A stretch of DNA of 64,000 bases, from positions 41,602,001 through 41,666,000 of the forward strand of contig OX597833.1 of assembly GCA_951406725.2 (NCBI GenBank), read 5' to 3'. The first letter of the stretch is position 1. Every line of letters starts with the position of its first letter. This stretch comes from Octopus vulgaris (Eukaryota). This document shows positions 1-14,100 of the stretch, in pieces. Made by a program: the position numbers and the translations under genes. Under the pieces are notes generated by a model, which was not told where the DNA came from, did not search any database, and saw only the letters and a program-made list of their open reading frames with translations.

Positions 1-735
1 TTCCATACGATATACCCGGTATAAGCTATGGACACACAAAAGGTGCAGCAATATCAAAGAAGGTTAACTGGGAAGATAGTTTTTGTGTGTGGCAGATGCA
101 CAGGGGCAATAAACACTGAAGATGTACAGAAAATAGATTCCATCACATGCCAGGGGGAGAAACTAGAAAGTATTTAATAGCTTCTGCTACCTTGGCGACC
201 AAGTGAGGCTCTGAGAGTGTCGCGGCTAGAATAAGAATAGCCTGGGCAAAGTTCAGGGAGGTCCTATCTCTGCTGGCAATTAAGGGCCTCTTGGTCAGGA
301 TGAAAGGTAGACTGTATGATGGATGTGTGCGAAGTGCCATGCTACACGGCAGTGAAACATAGGCCACGACTGCTGAGGACATGCACATGCTTGGAAGAAA
401 TGAAGCAAGTATGATCCTCTGGATGTGTAATGTCAGTGTGCATACATGACAGTGTGTAAGGGCCCTGAGAGAAAAGTTGAGTATAAGAAGCATCAAATGT
501 GATGTGCAAGAGTGATGACTGCGCTGGTATGGTCATGTGTTACGTGTAGATGAGGACAGCTGTGTGAGGAAGTACCACTCCCTAAATGTGGAAGGAACCT
601 GTGGAAGAGGTAGACCCAGGAAGACATGGGATGAGATGGTGAAGCATAACCTTCGAACATTAGGCCTCAGAGGCAATGACAGGAGACCAAGACCTTTGGA
701 GATACGCTGTGATTGAGAAGACCCGGCAACTAAAG
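1..735 (+). mobile_element. Decayed 3' part of an RTE-clade non-LTR retrotransposon ORF
   Basis: Manual translation gives motifs typical of the RTE C-terminus (FCYLGDQ, RIRIAWAKFRE, MLHGSET, LRWYGHVLR, GRGRPRKTWDEMV), interrupted by stops and frameshifts. Confidence 0.85.
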
Positions 736-779
736 TTAGATTGCAGCCATGCATATCCGGCCCTGTTAAGAGTACCCCT

Positions 780-1173
780 GATTGTTGTGCGATATGATAT
801 GCTTGAGAAGACCTGTTAAGTAAAACCAGTATTGTAGCTGTGGCCAGTGGCCCCTGACTGGCTCCTGTGCAAGTGGCACGTAAAAAGCACCATTCAAACG
901 TGGCTGATGCCAGTACCCCCTGACTGGCCCCCATGCCATGGCACGCAAAAAGCACTATCTGAACATGATCGATGTCAAGCCCACCTGACTGGCCCCTGTG
1001 CTGATGGCACATAAAAAGCACCCACTACACTCTAGGATTGGTTGGCATTAGGAAGGGCATCCAGCTATAGAAACACTACCAGATCAGATTGGAGTTTGGT
1101 GCAGCTGCTGGCTCTCCAGACTTCAGTCAAACCGTCCAACCCATGCCAGCATGAAAATGGATGTTAAACGATG
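780..1173 (+). mobile_element. RTE-associated 3' tail with internal hairpin subrepeats
   Basis: Tandem units GCCAGT..CTGACTGGC..TGGCAC.TAAAAAGCACC, then GGAAGGGCATCCAGC...CCGTCCAACCCATGCCAGCATG...GTTAAACGATG. The same tail recurs at ~23260, 40895, 61536 and 63340. Confidence 0.75.
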
Positions 1174-1396
1174 TGACTGCTCTTTTAGAATGAGAGGGAA
1201 ATGGTGATTAAGAGTAATTATAATAAATGCCAGCTCACATGTTTTGTACAAGAAGTAATGTTGCTAGTTTTTGTTAGGTGCATCTGCTAATGCACAATGC
1301 ATACGTGAACCAGCTATATATTGCGAAATAACAAATATTGCTATAAGAACATCTTTCTCTTTCCGTTTTGATAGCAACCACTCTTCGTCCCATGAA

Positions 1397-1599
1397 CCCT
1401 TCAGTATTCTTATTATTCTGTCAAATGTAATGTTTGTTTATATTGTTTTGAATTAATCATGCATTATCTTGTTTAAAGATTTCTATGATGTGATTGTTTA
1501 GTTTTAGAATGACATCAAATGGTTGAGGTGAGAGGCCAGATCTAGCCAGATACAACACAAAACAGGTTAAATATTTTGGCCAGCTTGAATGCTAAAGGG
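1397..1599. mobile_element. piggyBac-type MITE, family B (CCCTTTAGCATT...GCTAAAGGG)
   Basis: Short TIRs with TTAA on the right. Homologous copies at ~21158, 24182, 28670, 29200, 35168 and 48296. Confidence 0.65.
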
Positions 1600-2070
1600 T
1601 TAAATCAATCTGTCTGAAATTTAGATTGCATGATTGTTAATGCAGGATTTCAGCTGGAAACAGTTCCATCATAGTTTTATGTAAGAACCTTTATATCCCA
1701 AACACTGTATTATAATATTTTAGTATATCACTTCAAATTCTTGATTATTTTGAAAATTGAGACACATAAGCTATCTGTTCTGAGAAATAGTCACAGAAAT
1801 GTTGTTTCTTTTACATCAAGTCTGAATAAGTTTACATTGGTTTTTTCTTTCTGTAATTATCTAAGCAGTTTTACTGGATTATTTATTTCACTGTTTTCTT
1901 TATTAAGAATATAGTATCTTCTTTCATTTATCGTAGACTTAAATTTCTAAAATTTTATAATTTAAAAATAAAATTACATTAAAATACTAAACATAATTTT
2001 CATATTTTAATTTAAATTTAGTATTTTTAAAAATAATAATATAGTTTTATGCACCATCCCTCACAAATAC

Positions 2071-2091
2071 TATTTATATTGCTACTTACAG
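2071..2091 (+). promoter_or_regulatory. Candidate 3' splice acceptor in front of the MDN1 exon
   Basis: TATTTATATTGCTACTTACAG at the shift from very AT-rich to mixed composition. A second candidate, CAACTTCCCCAG, ends at 2188, one base before the ATG. Confidence 0.5.
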
Positions 2092-2189
2092 AGGCTTTCA
2101 TGCAGTAGTGTTTGGCCTAGACGGTGAAATACTCCAGAAACTAACAAGACTTGCACCACCTGTTGGCTTGAAACATCAACTTCCCCAGG

Positions 2190-5100
2190 ATGGCTAACCC
2201 ACTAGCAGATCTGGTCCTTCAACTTTGCAAGAGGAATCAGTATTGCTCTTCAAAGTTCCAAGAACTCCAGCATAAAGAAGAATGGACTACATCAAATAAA
2301 CAAGAGGTTCTTGCACTTCTAGCAGAATTATTCCTTCATCCAACATGTACTGAAGATGTAACATATTGTAGCAGTACAATTCTATTAGATTTGGTTGAGA
2401 GAGTAAAAAGCATGGTAGTGAGTAGTGAGAGCAGTCAGACCACTTCATTGCACCAAACATTCTGCATTGCTCTCAGTAAAGCTGTTAGTACATGCCCTTC
2501 ACTTAAGAAATTTTTTATATTATATCTCAAAAACAGTTCACCTTTCTTGTATTCAGAGCAAGATGTTACTGAACCAGCATCCAAAAAAATGAGACTGGAG
2601 TACAGTCAGTTATCATTATCAGACTCCCATCCTTTAGAACTTGTCCAGACAGCTTATCGCTGTGTTGTGATTTTTGGTCGTGAATCTGAATCAGTGATTT
2701 CACCGGAACATTTATTACCATTTTTATCAAATGCTAACAAAGATGTCCAGTGGTTTACTGTGCAGACACTTGCAACACTTTTGCAGATGTCTGCACGCCA
2801 GCGAGATACTCTCATGAAACGTTACTTTCAACGTGAAGAGATGGTCCAACTGATGTTACGCTATAGAAAGCTTCTGCTTTGGCCAGAAACAAATGTCAAT
2901 GACAATAGAGTAAATGACAAACAGCTAAAGACTGCTACTTACCTGGCTGAAAACAAACTCCTTGATTCACATGTTGTTTCTGTCAGTGGCATACTTCTTC
3001 CTAAAATTCTGAGAAAACCTCGAGGTATGGAATCAGAACTTGTATCTGTTCCCACAACAGATAAGAACTTGCAACATCTAGGACATGAAGTTAACCTTGG
3101 TTGTCCAGTTCTACTACAAGGTCCTGTTGGGTGCGGAAAAACTTGCTTAGTTGAATGTCTAGCTCAGATGACAGGTCGTCGGAAAAGTTCCCATCTACTA
3201 AAACTTCAACTTGGAGATCAGACTGACAGCCGAGCCTTGTTGGGCATTTATCAGTGTACTGATGTGCCTGGAGAATTTGTTTGGCAGCCAGGGATCCTAA
3301 CACGAGCTGTATCTGAAGGTTATTGGGTTCTTTTGGAAGACATTGACCATGCTCCTATGGATGTTATTTCTTTATTGTTACCCCTCCTTGAAAACAAAGC
3401 TTTGATGATTCCCAGCCGTGGACAGAAAATAACTGCCTCCCCTGGATTTCAGTTATTTGCTACCTACCGTACTCTTCCTGGCACCGGTTCATATATCAGT
3501 AGTTACAGTAGTGCAATGTCTGCACTATTAGAAAAAAATTGGACAAAGCTCAATTTAGACCCATTATCTAAAGACGAACTTTATGAAATAATTTCCCAGA
3601 AATATCCTGCATTACATTCTATCATTGACCGTCTACTTGAAATTTATTTCTTGTTGTCACGTGGGGAACATGTGGGAATGATGGAAGTGGATGATGACAA
3701 CAAATTCAATAGCAAGTTCTTTTCCCATGACAAGCGATTAATATCAACCAGAGATCTCTTGAACTGGTGCAAAAGAATTGCTTGTTATGATTTAACATCC
3801 TCTGCAATTAGCCAACTTGTTTTTCAAGAAACTCTTGATTGCTTCTGTTTCAGCATCAGTTGCCCGAAACGTCGGTTGCAGCTTGCAGAAGCAATAGGTG
3901 CCAAGTTAAATATCACCAAATCAAAAGCCGAATACTACTGCATGAAATACAAACCAAATGTGCAAATTTCCACTTATGAATTCCTAGTTGGAAGAGTTAT
4001 CCTGCCTAAAATTAAACATTCGACTAAACCCATAGAATCTTCTCACCACCGTCTGTTCTCTTTTACACGGCAGTCATCTGCTCTTTTGGAAAAAGTAGCT
4101 GCCTGTGTCCAAAACAATGATCCTGTTTTGCTTGTTGGTGAGACAGGAACTGGCAAAACTTCAACTATTCAGTACTTAGCTAATCAACTTGGACACAATT
4201 TACAGGTGATCAATATGAATCAACAGAGTGACAGTACTGATCTTCTTGGTGGCTTCAAACCAGTTGACCTCAAATTGGTTGTAAAACCTTTCAAAGATTC
4301 CTTTGAAGAATTATTTTGTAAGACTTTTTCTCGGAAGCAAAATGTTGTATTTTTAACTCACATTGAAAACTGCTATTGCAAAAAGTCTTGGAGAGATATG
4401 TTTACCTTGATGGAACATACCATTAAATCAGCCATAAAGAACCAGACTGAAAATTCTGAGATGTGGATGCTGTGGAAAACTCAAGATAAGAAGTTAAAAC
4501 AGCTACGTCTCCAAGTGCAGAAAACTGAAAGCACTTTAGCATTCACATTCATTGAAGGAACTTTGGTGAAGGCACTAAAGAAAGGAGATTGGATTCTTCT
4601 TGATGAAATCAACCTGGCCACTACAGAAACATTGGAATGTCTAAGTAGCTTACTGGAGAGCAAATCTGGTTCTGTTGTACTTTCTGAACGAGGAGATCTT
4701 GAACCTGTGATCAGGCATTCAAATTTCCGTCTTTTTGCTTGCATGAATCCTGCCACTGATGTTGGTAAAAAAGCACTCACTCCAAGTGTGAGAAACCGTT
4801 TCATGGAATTTTATGTTGATGAGTTGAATGATGTTCAGGATTTGAAAGTGTTGGTGAATGATTATTTATCTGGTTTGTCATTGTCCCCTTCTCAAATAGA
4901 TGGACTGGTCAATTTCTACATGCAAGTTCGTGTTCTAGCTACCAAACAGCTTACTGACGGCACAGGCCATAAACCACATTACAGTTTAAGAACTTTCTGT
5001 CGTGCCCTGATGTGTGCATCATTTAATCCTGGTGGAGTGATAAATCGAACCCTGTATGAAAGTCTTTGTATGAGTTTCCTCACTCAATTAGATCGTTCCT

Positions 5101-8100
5101 CATACCCATTAGTTGAACAGTTGGTTTGTCGCCTACTGCTTCAAAAAGCTGACATTAATTCATTGTTAAAAAGACCCATACCAGAGCCCACCATCAGTAA
5201 ACACCTACAATTTGAAGGTTATTGGATTCCTGTTGGTTCATGTGAGCCACAGGTTCCAGAAAAATACATCCTAACACCTTCTGTTCGAGCAAACCTAAAA
5301 GACCTTGCCAGAGTTGTTTCAATTGGGAGACACCCTGTTTTATTACAAGGAGAAACGTCTGTTGGTAAAACTAGTCTTGTGCAGTGGTTGGCAACCTCAA
5401 CTGGCCATCGTTGTGTGCGGATTAATAACCATGAACACACAGACTTGCAAGAATACATTGGCAGTTATGCTGCTGATGAGACAGGAAAGTTAGCTTTCAA
5501 AGAAGGTGTGCTTGTTGAAGCTATGAGGCAAGGTTATTGGATTATCTTGGACGAACTCAATCTGGCTCCTACTGATGTCCTTGAAGCACTGAACCGTCTT
5601 TTAGATGACAACCGAGAACTTTTCATTCCAGAAACACAAGAAATGGTAAAAGCACATCCTAAATTTATGCTGTTTGCCACACAAAATCCTCCTGGTCATT
5701 ATGGTGGAAGAAAAGCATTGTCTCGTGCATTTCGCAACAGGTTTGTTGAACTCCACTTTGATGAAATACCCAGTGATGAATTGGAGACAATTCTGAGTCA
5801 GAGATGTGACATACCACTATCATATGCTAAGAAACTAGTAAAAGTCATGTTGGAGCTACAGACACGCCGTAGCAGCTCAGCTGTGTTTGCTGGAAAACAA
5901 GGCCTCATGACCTTACGTGACCTGTTCCGTTGGGCAAATCGTTATCATTGCCCTGTAGCTGACGAGAGTAACTACGATTGGAATCAGCATATGGCAGATC
6001 ATGGCTATATGTTGATAGGTGGCAAGATGCGGAAACCAGAGGAAGAAGATATTGTACGGGACATTCTTCAGAAGTTTTTCCGACGTAAAGTGTGTCCAGA
6101 TAGTTTGTTCAATTTATCTTCAGAGACATCTATTACAACAATGGCCATGTTGAAAAGATTAACAAGTGATACGCTTGATAACTTTATGCATATCTTTTGG
6201 ACCTGCAACATGCAGCGGTTAGCTGTCCTTGTGAATCAAGCCTTGCAGTATAAAGAACCAGTCTTACTTGTTGGTGATACAGGATGTGGTAAAACGACAG
6301 TCTGTCAGATGTATGCTGCTATGGAAGGAAAAGAATTGTATTCCATCAACTGTCACTCCAATACTGAAGGTTCTGATTTCTTAGGTGGCCTACGTCCAGT
6401 ACGAAACTCAAATAACATGGAAACTGAAGAAAATGATGATAATCAGCATGTAAATAAGCTATTTGAGTGGGTTGATGGCCCACTGGTGCAAGCTATGCAA
6501 ACGAGTTCTCCATTTCTAGTTGATGAAATATCTCTTGCTGAAGATTCTGTTTTAGAACGCCTGAACAGTGTGCTGGAACCCGAACGTACTCTACTGCTCT
6601 CAGAGAAAGGCAGTGGTGATGCTGTGGAAAATAAAGTTCCATTGATTACTGCCAAAGAAGACTTCCGTGTACTTGCAACAATGAACCCAGGTGGAGATTT
6701 TGGAAAGAAAGAGCTCTCACCTGCACTACGGAATCGATTTACTGAGATTTGGTGTCCCCAAGTTGCATCTCCTGGGGATATGGTAAGCATCATTCAACAC
6801 AACCTCCAGCCAAGCATTCGTTTCTCTGATAGATCATCTGAAGGCGATACAGAAGATGACGAGATGGACATTGCTAATGCTATAATGACTTTTGTTGAAT
6901 GGTTTACTTGTACAGACTTTGGCAAAAAGTGTGTTGTCAGCATTCGAGATCTTCTATGTTGGGTGGACTTTCTCAACACCTGCTCCTTGTCTTATGAGGA
7001 TGATGATGATGAATTAATGGAAATATCTAAAGTGGACACTTCTGTTGCTTATGTACATGGTGCGTGTCTAGTTTTCCTTGATAGTTTGGGGACAGGGACA
7101 ACTGCACGAGTAAACAGAGAAGTTGAAATACAAAATTTCAAAGAAGAATGCTTACAATTCCTCCTTTGGCAAGTGAACAACAGCTCAACACAGAAGTTGA
7201 CTATGGAGACACTTGAACTTTTTGATAAAAGACCAACAGGTTATTCTAGTGAAATTGCTATTTGTTCTGACACTCATTTTACTATTCCACCATTTAGTAT
7301 ACCTCGTGCTGATTCTCAAAGGTTTCAAAGTGAAAAGTATGCTTTCAATGCACCAACAACTTGCATGAATGCTCAAAGAATACTCCGGGCACTGCAGCTC
7401 CCCCGACCAATTCTGTTGGAAGGTTCACCAGGCGTAGGAAAAACAAGTTTAGTTGCTGCCATTGCTGAGGCAGCTGGGCAAGAACTTGTCCGTATCAACT
7501 TGTCTGAACAGACTGATGTATCTGATCTTTTTGGTGCTGATTTGCCTGTTGAAGGAGAAGGATCAGGATTGTTCAGTTGGCGTGACGGGCCATTGTTACA
7601 AGCTCTCAAGAGTGGACAGTGGATTATCTTAGATGAATTAAATTTGGCCTCACAATCTGTTCTGGAAGGATTAAATGCATGTTTAGATCACCGTGGAGAA
7701 GTGTTCATTCCAGAATTAGGCAAGACATTTTATATTCAGCAAGCCAGTACACGTATCTTTGCATGTCAGAACCCGTATCATCAAGGTGGTGGACGGAAAG
7801 GACTACCACGTTCTTTTTTGAACCGATTCACAAAAGTATTTATTGATGCACTCAACAGAGGAGATCTCCAGCTCATAGCTACAACTATGTATCCATCAAT
7901 TCCTGAAAAACTTCTCTCCAATATGGTTCATTTTAACATGAAAATGCAAACTGAAGTGGTGTCTTTGCATTCTTGGGGCCAAAAAGGTGGTCCCTGGGAA
8001 TTTAACCTTCGTGATTTGTTTCGTTGGTGTGAACTGCTCATTGATAATCAATCCCCTGACTCTTTTGATCCAGGAGAGTATCTAAATCTTATTTATGCAG

Positions 8101-11100
8101 ACAGAATGCAGACCAAATTAGACAGAGACAAAGTGATTGAATTATATCAACAAACTTTTTCTTGTCTGGCTCCAATCTATCGACCTAGTGGTCATTTCTC
8201 ACTTAGTCTAGACTGGGTTCAGTGTGGCCATTCTTTTCTGCAGAGACATCAAGAATACTCTATTAATATTGAAAGTAGCAAGAATCTCAAGCTATTGCCC
8301 CAAATGCTTCCTGTTCTTGAGTCATTAATGAAATGTGTTCAAATGAATTGGATGACCATTCTTATCGGGAGCCAAAATAGTGGTAAAACCAGTACTGTCC
8401 AAATGTTAGCCGAGTTAACAGGCAATCGGCTCCAAGTCCTTCCTATGAACAGTGCCATGGATACTACTGAGCTTCTTGGTGGATTTGAACAAGTTGACAT
8501 TGGTTGTCATATTGAAGAAATTGCTACCCGAGTGAAACAAGCTATAGATCATTCTTCTCGTAAACAGCTCGCACTCGGTCATTTTACTGATGTTGAGAAT
8601 AATATTGCCTACCTCTATCACTCGTGGCATAAGTACTGTTGCTTTGTACCAAACAAAGGATCTTCAATGTCTAGTGCAAACGAACTAAGTTTGATGAAGA
8701 AACAAATAAAAGAATTGGATATCATCATAGGACAGCTGCTTAATCTGAACCGGGAAGACAGCAACGAACTGTTGGAAATGGACAGTCAGTTGACTACATT
8801 AAGTCAATCCCTAGAACGTATTGAGAACACCTCCAACAGTAATACATTTGAGTGGATTAACAGTACTTTGGTGCGAGCCCTGCAGTCTGGTGACTGGTTA
8901 TTGGTCGAAAATGTTAACTTCTGCAATCCATCAGTACTTGACCGTTTGAATGCTTTGTTAGAACCCTCGGGTGTTCTGACTGTCAGCGAAAGAGGAGTCA
9001 TCGATGGGGAAGTTCCAGAAATTGCTCCCCATTCAAATTTCAGACTTTTTTTTACAATGGACCCCAAATATGGAAATATTTCTCGTGCCATGAGAAACAG
9101 AGGAGTTGAAATTTACATTCTAGAAGATCCTGCTTGTGTAGAAAATTTGAATTCGGAATTTTCACTTTGTAACTCTGATGGAAGCATCCGAACATCTCGT
9201 GCACAGTTCCCCACTGCATCCTTACCTTTAATTCAACAATATTGTTCATATCCTCTACTGACCCATGCCCAGCACTTGGTTAGTGTATATATTGAAGTTC
9301 TCAGGCAAGTTTTGTCATCTGCATATTGTTGCCCAAATGTATCTTCATCTCGATGGCCTCTGGCCAACTTCATTCAACTTGTGACCAATCATGTTCATGG
9401 CCAAAACTGGAAACTCTGTAGTGAACTTATCTCACCATTGTTAACTGAAGTCCAGCTGGAAGTCAATTGCTCTGACTTATCTACTTATGGTGGTTGGAAA
9501 TTTGTTTGTGGTCAGCATGACCTTCCGGAGCTTACGCAGGTCACACTGATTGCTCTGTTTGGCCATCCACTTAAAGATATTTTACTGAACTGTCTGAGCA
9601 GCATGAAGACTTGTAATAATGGAGCAGAGATCCTGATGAGAGGGCCCTATGATTTTCAGTGGAACAAACAAGCTTTATACAAAATGATGTCAGTATGCAA
9701 TGCAGAATCAACGTCCACCATCAGTCTCTTGGAACAGTTAACTGGAGTTATTAACAGAATCAAACTATCACAAGTTTTGACAGTTGAATGGCAGCTAAGC
9801 CAAGAGAAATACAAGAAATGGGAGGCTCTCTGTGAAGGTACACAGAACATCGCATCTGAAAACTCTGCTCATTTGAAAGTCTTTGTGTACATTGATAACA
9901 TATTGGTTGGTCTTCGCCAGGAGCTTCGGGCAGCTTTTAGTGAACAAGGAGATTGTTCTGACAAACAGTTTTATCAGATTTACTGTGGACTACCTTGGTT
10001 GAATCGTCTTTTGGATGTGGCATTATTGCATTGGGAAAGAGAACTATCCCCTCCGAGTGCTGCTAATCTTAGTCTTGTTTGGAACTGGACATTTTCAAAA
10101 CTGTTGATGCCATTAATTAGTCATAATAGTCCTGTTAAACTGTCTGACAAAATCGACAAAGTCATTAACCATCTCCATGACTTGCTCTCTGATAGAAAGT
10201 CTTCTTCAAAGCTGCTGAAAAAAATTCTTGCTTCTTGGGGCAATCCAACACCATTTTTCTCTAAGTGGGAATATCTACAGTGGCAAAAATTACAATGTCT
10301 TGCTGAAAAAATAGATATATTTGCTGAAGACAAAATCAAACAAATCACTTTATCGCAAACAGATTTGTTAAAACTAAACAGAGCAAACATAACTGAACAA
10401 TTTGTGGAACTAATCACCCAACTGAACAGTAGAATGAAATCAACCGAGAACCAGCAAATGTTTGAATCCCTTCTTGACAATTTGGAATTAAAAATAAACA
10501 GCGTTCATTCACCTGACAGCTCAGAACAAGATTCTGAATGTCAAGGTAGTACTTCAGTACAAACATTGGACAATGATCAACGTTTGTGGCCACTCTATGA
10601 ACATACTGTATTGGCTGTTGAAAGAAGGATTCTCAATTTCTTATTGGAGCAGCATGAACCTGAATTAGTAACCTGGCTGCCACCATTTATAGAATTTATG
10701 AAACAACATCTTGTTGTTTCACCATTAAATCTTGCTGAATACCGCAAACTGCTCTCATCTCTTGGACAGGGTAATTCTAAAAGTTTCTATTCTACCATTC
10801 TGTCGTCCTATTTCCAGCATTGGTGGAAGAACTCCATTAATGGACTAAGTTTAGATGATTTCAAACTATCCGAAAGAATCCTTGGACCTGGCATTGCCAT
10901 AAGCAGTTGTCTGGTTGAAGTTATACATTCTCTTATATCTTCACATCAACTAAAGTCTTATGGAAGTTCTAATTATCGTTTCTCCACGGACAATTGTGTT
11001 TTACTGCCGCAGGTAGCAATTGGTCATCACAAAAATGAAGCTCAGCTATTTGCCAAAATCCGATCCCACCTTTGGGTTCATACAGCATCTCTTTCCAGTC

Positions 11101-14100
11101 TTCAGTTTAATGGCAGAAATATTGAACGAAAGAATATTCTAGAGAGTTTACAACACACTCTCATGGCTATTGGTTTCACTTTACCTCAGTTTTGTGAGTC
11201 TGATGTCCCAGATTTACATTTGATGAATAACAAGTCTACCCACATTAACACTTTCCTTAGCCACATGAAAGATTGTTGCTATTTTGATGAAATAGTTGTC
11301 AAACTTACTGAGAGAGCAATCAACTGCGTTCAAGACATGTTCTTAGATGCAAATGAGAGTAACACCTCTGCAATGAGCATTGGAACAGCATTAGTTCTTG
11401 TTGGCCTTCTACAAAGCTATTTACTTGGTCCTTGTGGTCATTTGGACCCTGTAGAGAGGGACAAGCTTAAACTGTCTCATCTCCAGGAGGACTTGGAAAT
11501 GATCAATTTAGAACTGAAAATGGAAAATCTGTTCAATGAACTTATGAATGGTCAGTCATTTTTAGATCTGTGCCACAACCAGCTTCACCCACAGATTATT
11601 TGGCTAATGGAATATCGGGAAAAATTAACCAACAAAGTACATGGCTTGTTGAGTAGGACTGCTTATCGTCCTGATATCTCCAGTTTCCCCATGATTAAAC
11701 AAGAATATGCAAACTATCACATGGCTGCTGGATCACACGAGTTGATTCTCACATTTTTACATAAGGCAAAGACAATGTCTGAAGAACATTTTGAAAGTAA
11801 TGAAGTCTCTCGTTTGCTTCAAGAGCTGGAAAGTTGGCAAAAGACCGTCCACAACTTTGTGCAGAAAATGCAGATTAATTTTCCTGTGTATCGAGATATA
11901 CTCACACCATTTTATTCTTCTCTTTATCAAATGAGTCATGGTTTTGCATTGATAATGCAGAGTTTACAGACAACATGCTGTCGGCAAAAACTGGCCAAAC
12001 TGTGTAATCTTTCAAATGAAACAGAATTTTCTTGGTTGGAAAACTTGTGTGTATGCATGGCAAAGTTCCCAAGCTGCAGCAGAAATTATCCTAATTTCCT
12101 TGAGTTGGCTACAGCTTTAACATCAGATCTCACTTTGCAGCTGAGTCATGCTGTTGTTTCTAGTCAAACGAAAACAGACGACTCTAAGTCCATTAGTAGA
12201 ACTAACCAGGAGATTCACTCTCAACTTTTGCTCAGTGGCCTTTGCCATTTAAAAAATCACGTCCTCACAGCTCAAGAACTCAGCTCACCTGTACTAGATC
12301 GCTTTGCCAGCATTCTTCGTTTGTTTGTTAGTTCATGGCACAAGCAACAAGAGGAGCAGAAAAGACTTGAACAAGAAAGAGATAGTTTGTATCGTTTCAA
12401 GACAATTCATCATGACAGTAGCCCCAATGACGAGAGGCTTAATGAAATAGACTTCAAAAAGAGATTTCCCAATTATCAAAATGACTTCATTGATTTCATT
12501 CCAAGCAATCTTTTAGATGAATCATCAAATAATGTTGGTAATAAATCAGGTGGTGATAACTCAGCTGCTGATACTGATGAAGATGAACCTCTTTCTCTGT
12601 TAATAACTAAAGAAGAGATGAAAGAAATCTGTACCATACACCATCAAATTTTTACCAATTACACCAAAAATTCACATTGGATAGCCCCTGGCTCCCCTGA
12701 ACAATATGACCCTGGGGTCGGGGTTGATCTACTCAAACCTTTTCTGCTCAACTATAAAACTGCTATGTCTCTATCTTCTTATCTGAAAGCCTGCTTACAT
12801 GAAGGTTACGACATGCAAGTTGTTGGTGGGCATCTTTTAGTAGTTGCTGCTTTAGAGGAAGTAATCAATCATAATGAAACAACTAAATTAGGTGTTGTTA
12901 AGGAACCTGCACCTGAGCGCTACTATGATGTCTATCAAGATGCTAATATTTCAGAGATTGTTCAGGCTGAACCAGTTCTGCGGCGTCTTCTGCAGAGACT
13001 CAGCCAGTTACTGGAAGAATGGCCAGATCATCCGACATTGAGACAACTGGAAACTATATCAAAAAGAATTCTTACTTTTCCACTAACCAGTCCAATTATG
13101 AAAATTCTATCTGGATTGGAACTTCTTCTCTACAAGGCACAAGACTGGGAAAGTGTTGCTGCTAAACACGTGTCTCTTGAAACGGAGTTACATGATATTT
13201 CAAATCTGATTGTTGACTGGCGGAAGTTTGAACTTAGCTACTGGAAGAATTCTTTGGATATCACTTCTCATGAAGTAGAAATTGAAGCATGCCAGTGGTG
13301 GTTCCATCTCTACCAACTTGTAATATCTTTTGTGACACCCGAAACTGATGATGTTGATAAGAGCAAACCAGTTTCAGATATAGAGAAGGAAATAATTGCA
13401 TCATTGAAACTTTTCTTGGAGAACTCCAGTCTGGGTGAGTTTAAAGCTCGCCTTCAGATAGTTTATGCATTCCACTGCCAACTAATAAACATGGATACTT
13501 CACCTCAACAACAACTAATGTGCAGATTACTCTGGAATATACATGAGTTTTATAAGCAGTTTTTGCCTTTTGTTGAGGCTGATATTGAACAAAAGAGAGT
13601 GCCAATTGAAAAAGAGCTGAAAGGATTTGTCAAGATAGCTCGTTGGAATGATATTAATTATTGGGCTTTGAAACAGGATACTGATAAGACACACCGAACT
13701 GTCCACAAACATATTCGGTCTTTTAAGAAGATACTCCATGAGTCTGTTAAAACTGTCCTTGCAAGTAATAAAAGTCTAATTAACACTGACACCAATAATG
13801 AAGATTTATCTGCTGAGGTGTGGATGCGTCCTATAGCTCTCACAGAAGATAAATGTGCAAACAAAGAATTTGAAATTTGTCTCCCACTTGCTCCAGAAAA
13901 TAGTTTGATGTCACGATTGACTCACCTAATGCCTCGGGCTTGTAAACATTATCATGATCTTGAAAAGAAGACTCCTTACTTAAAATTGCTCTTAGCTTTT
14001 GATGAGTTTACCTGTGAAGTAATAGAAGGCATTGAAGAAAGGAGCAGATTACATGTTTCACCATCACTCGAAATAGAAAAGCAGAAGAAACAAGCCAAAC

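Noticed and set aside
830-1025. Regularly spaced AAAAAGCACC repeats resembling a CRISPR array
   Set aside because: The intervening sequences are homologous to each other, the context is eukaryotic, there are no cas genes, and the array is part of a retroelement tail.
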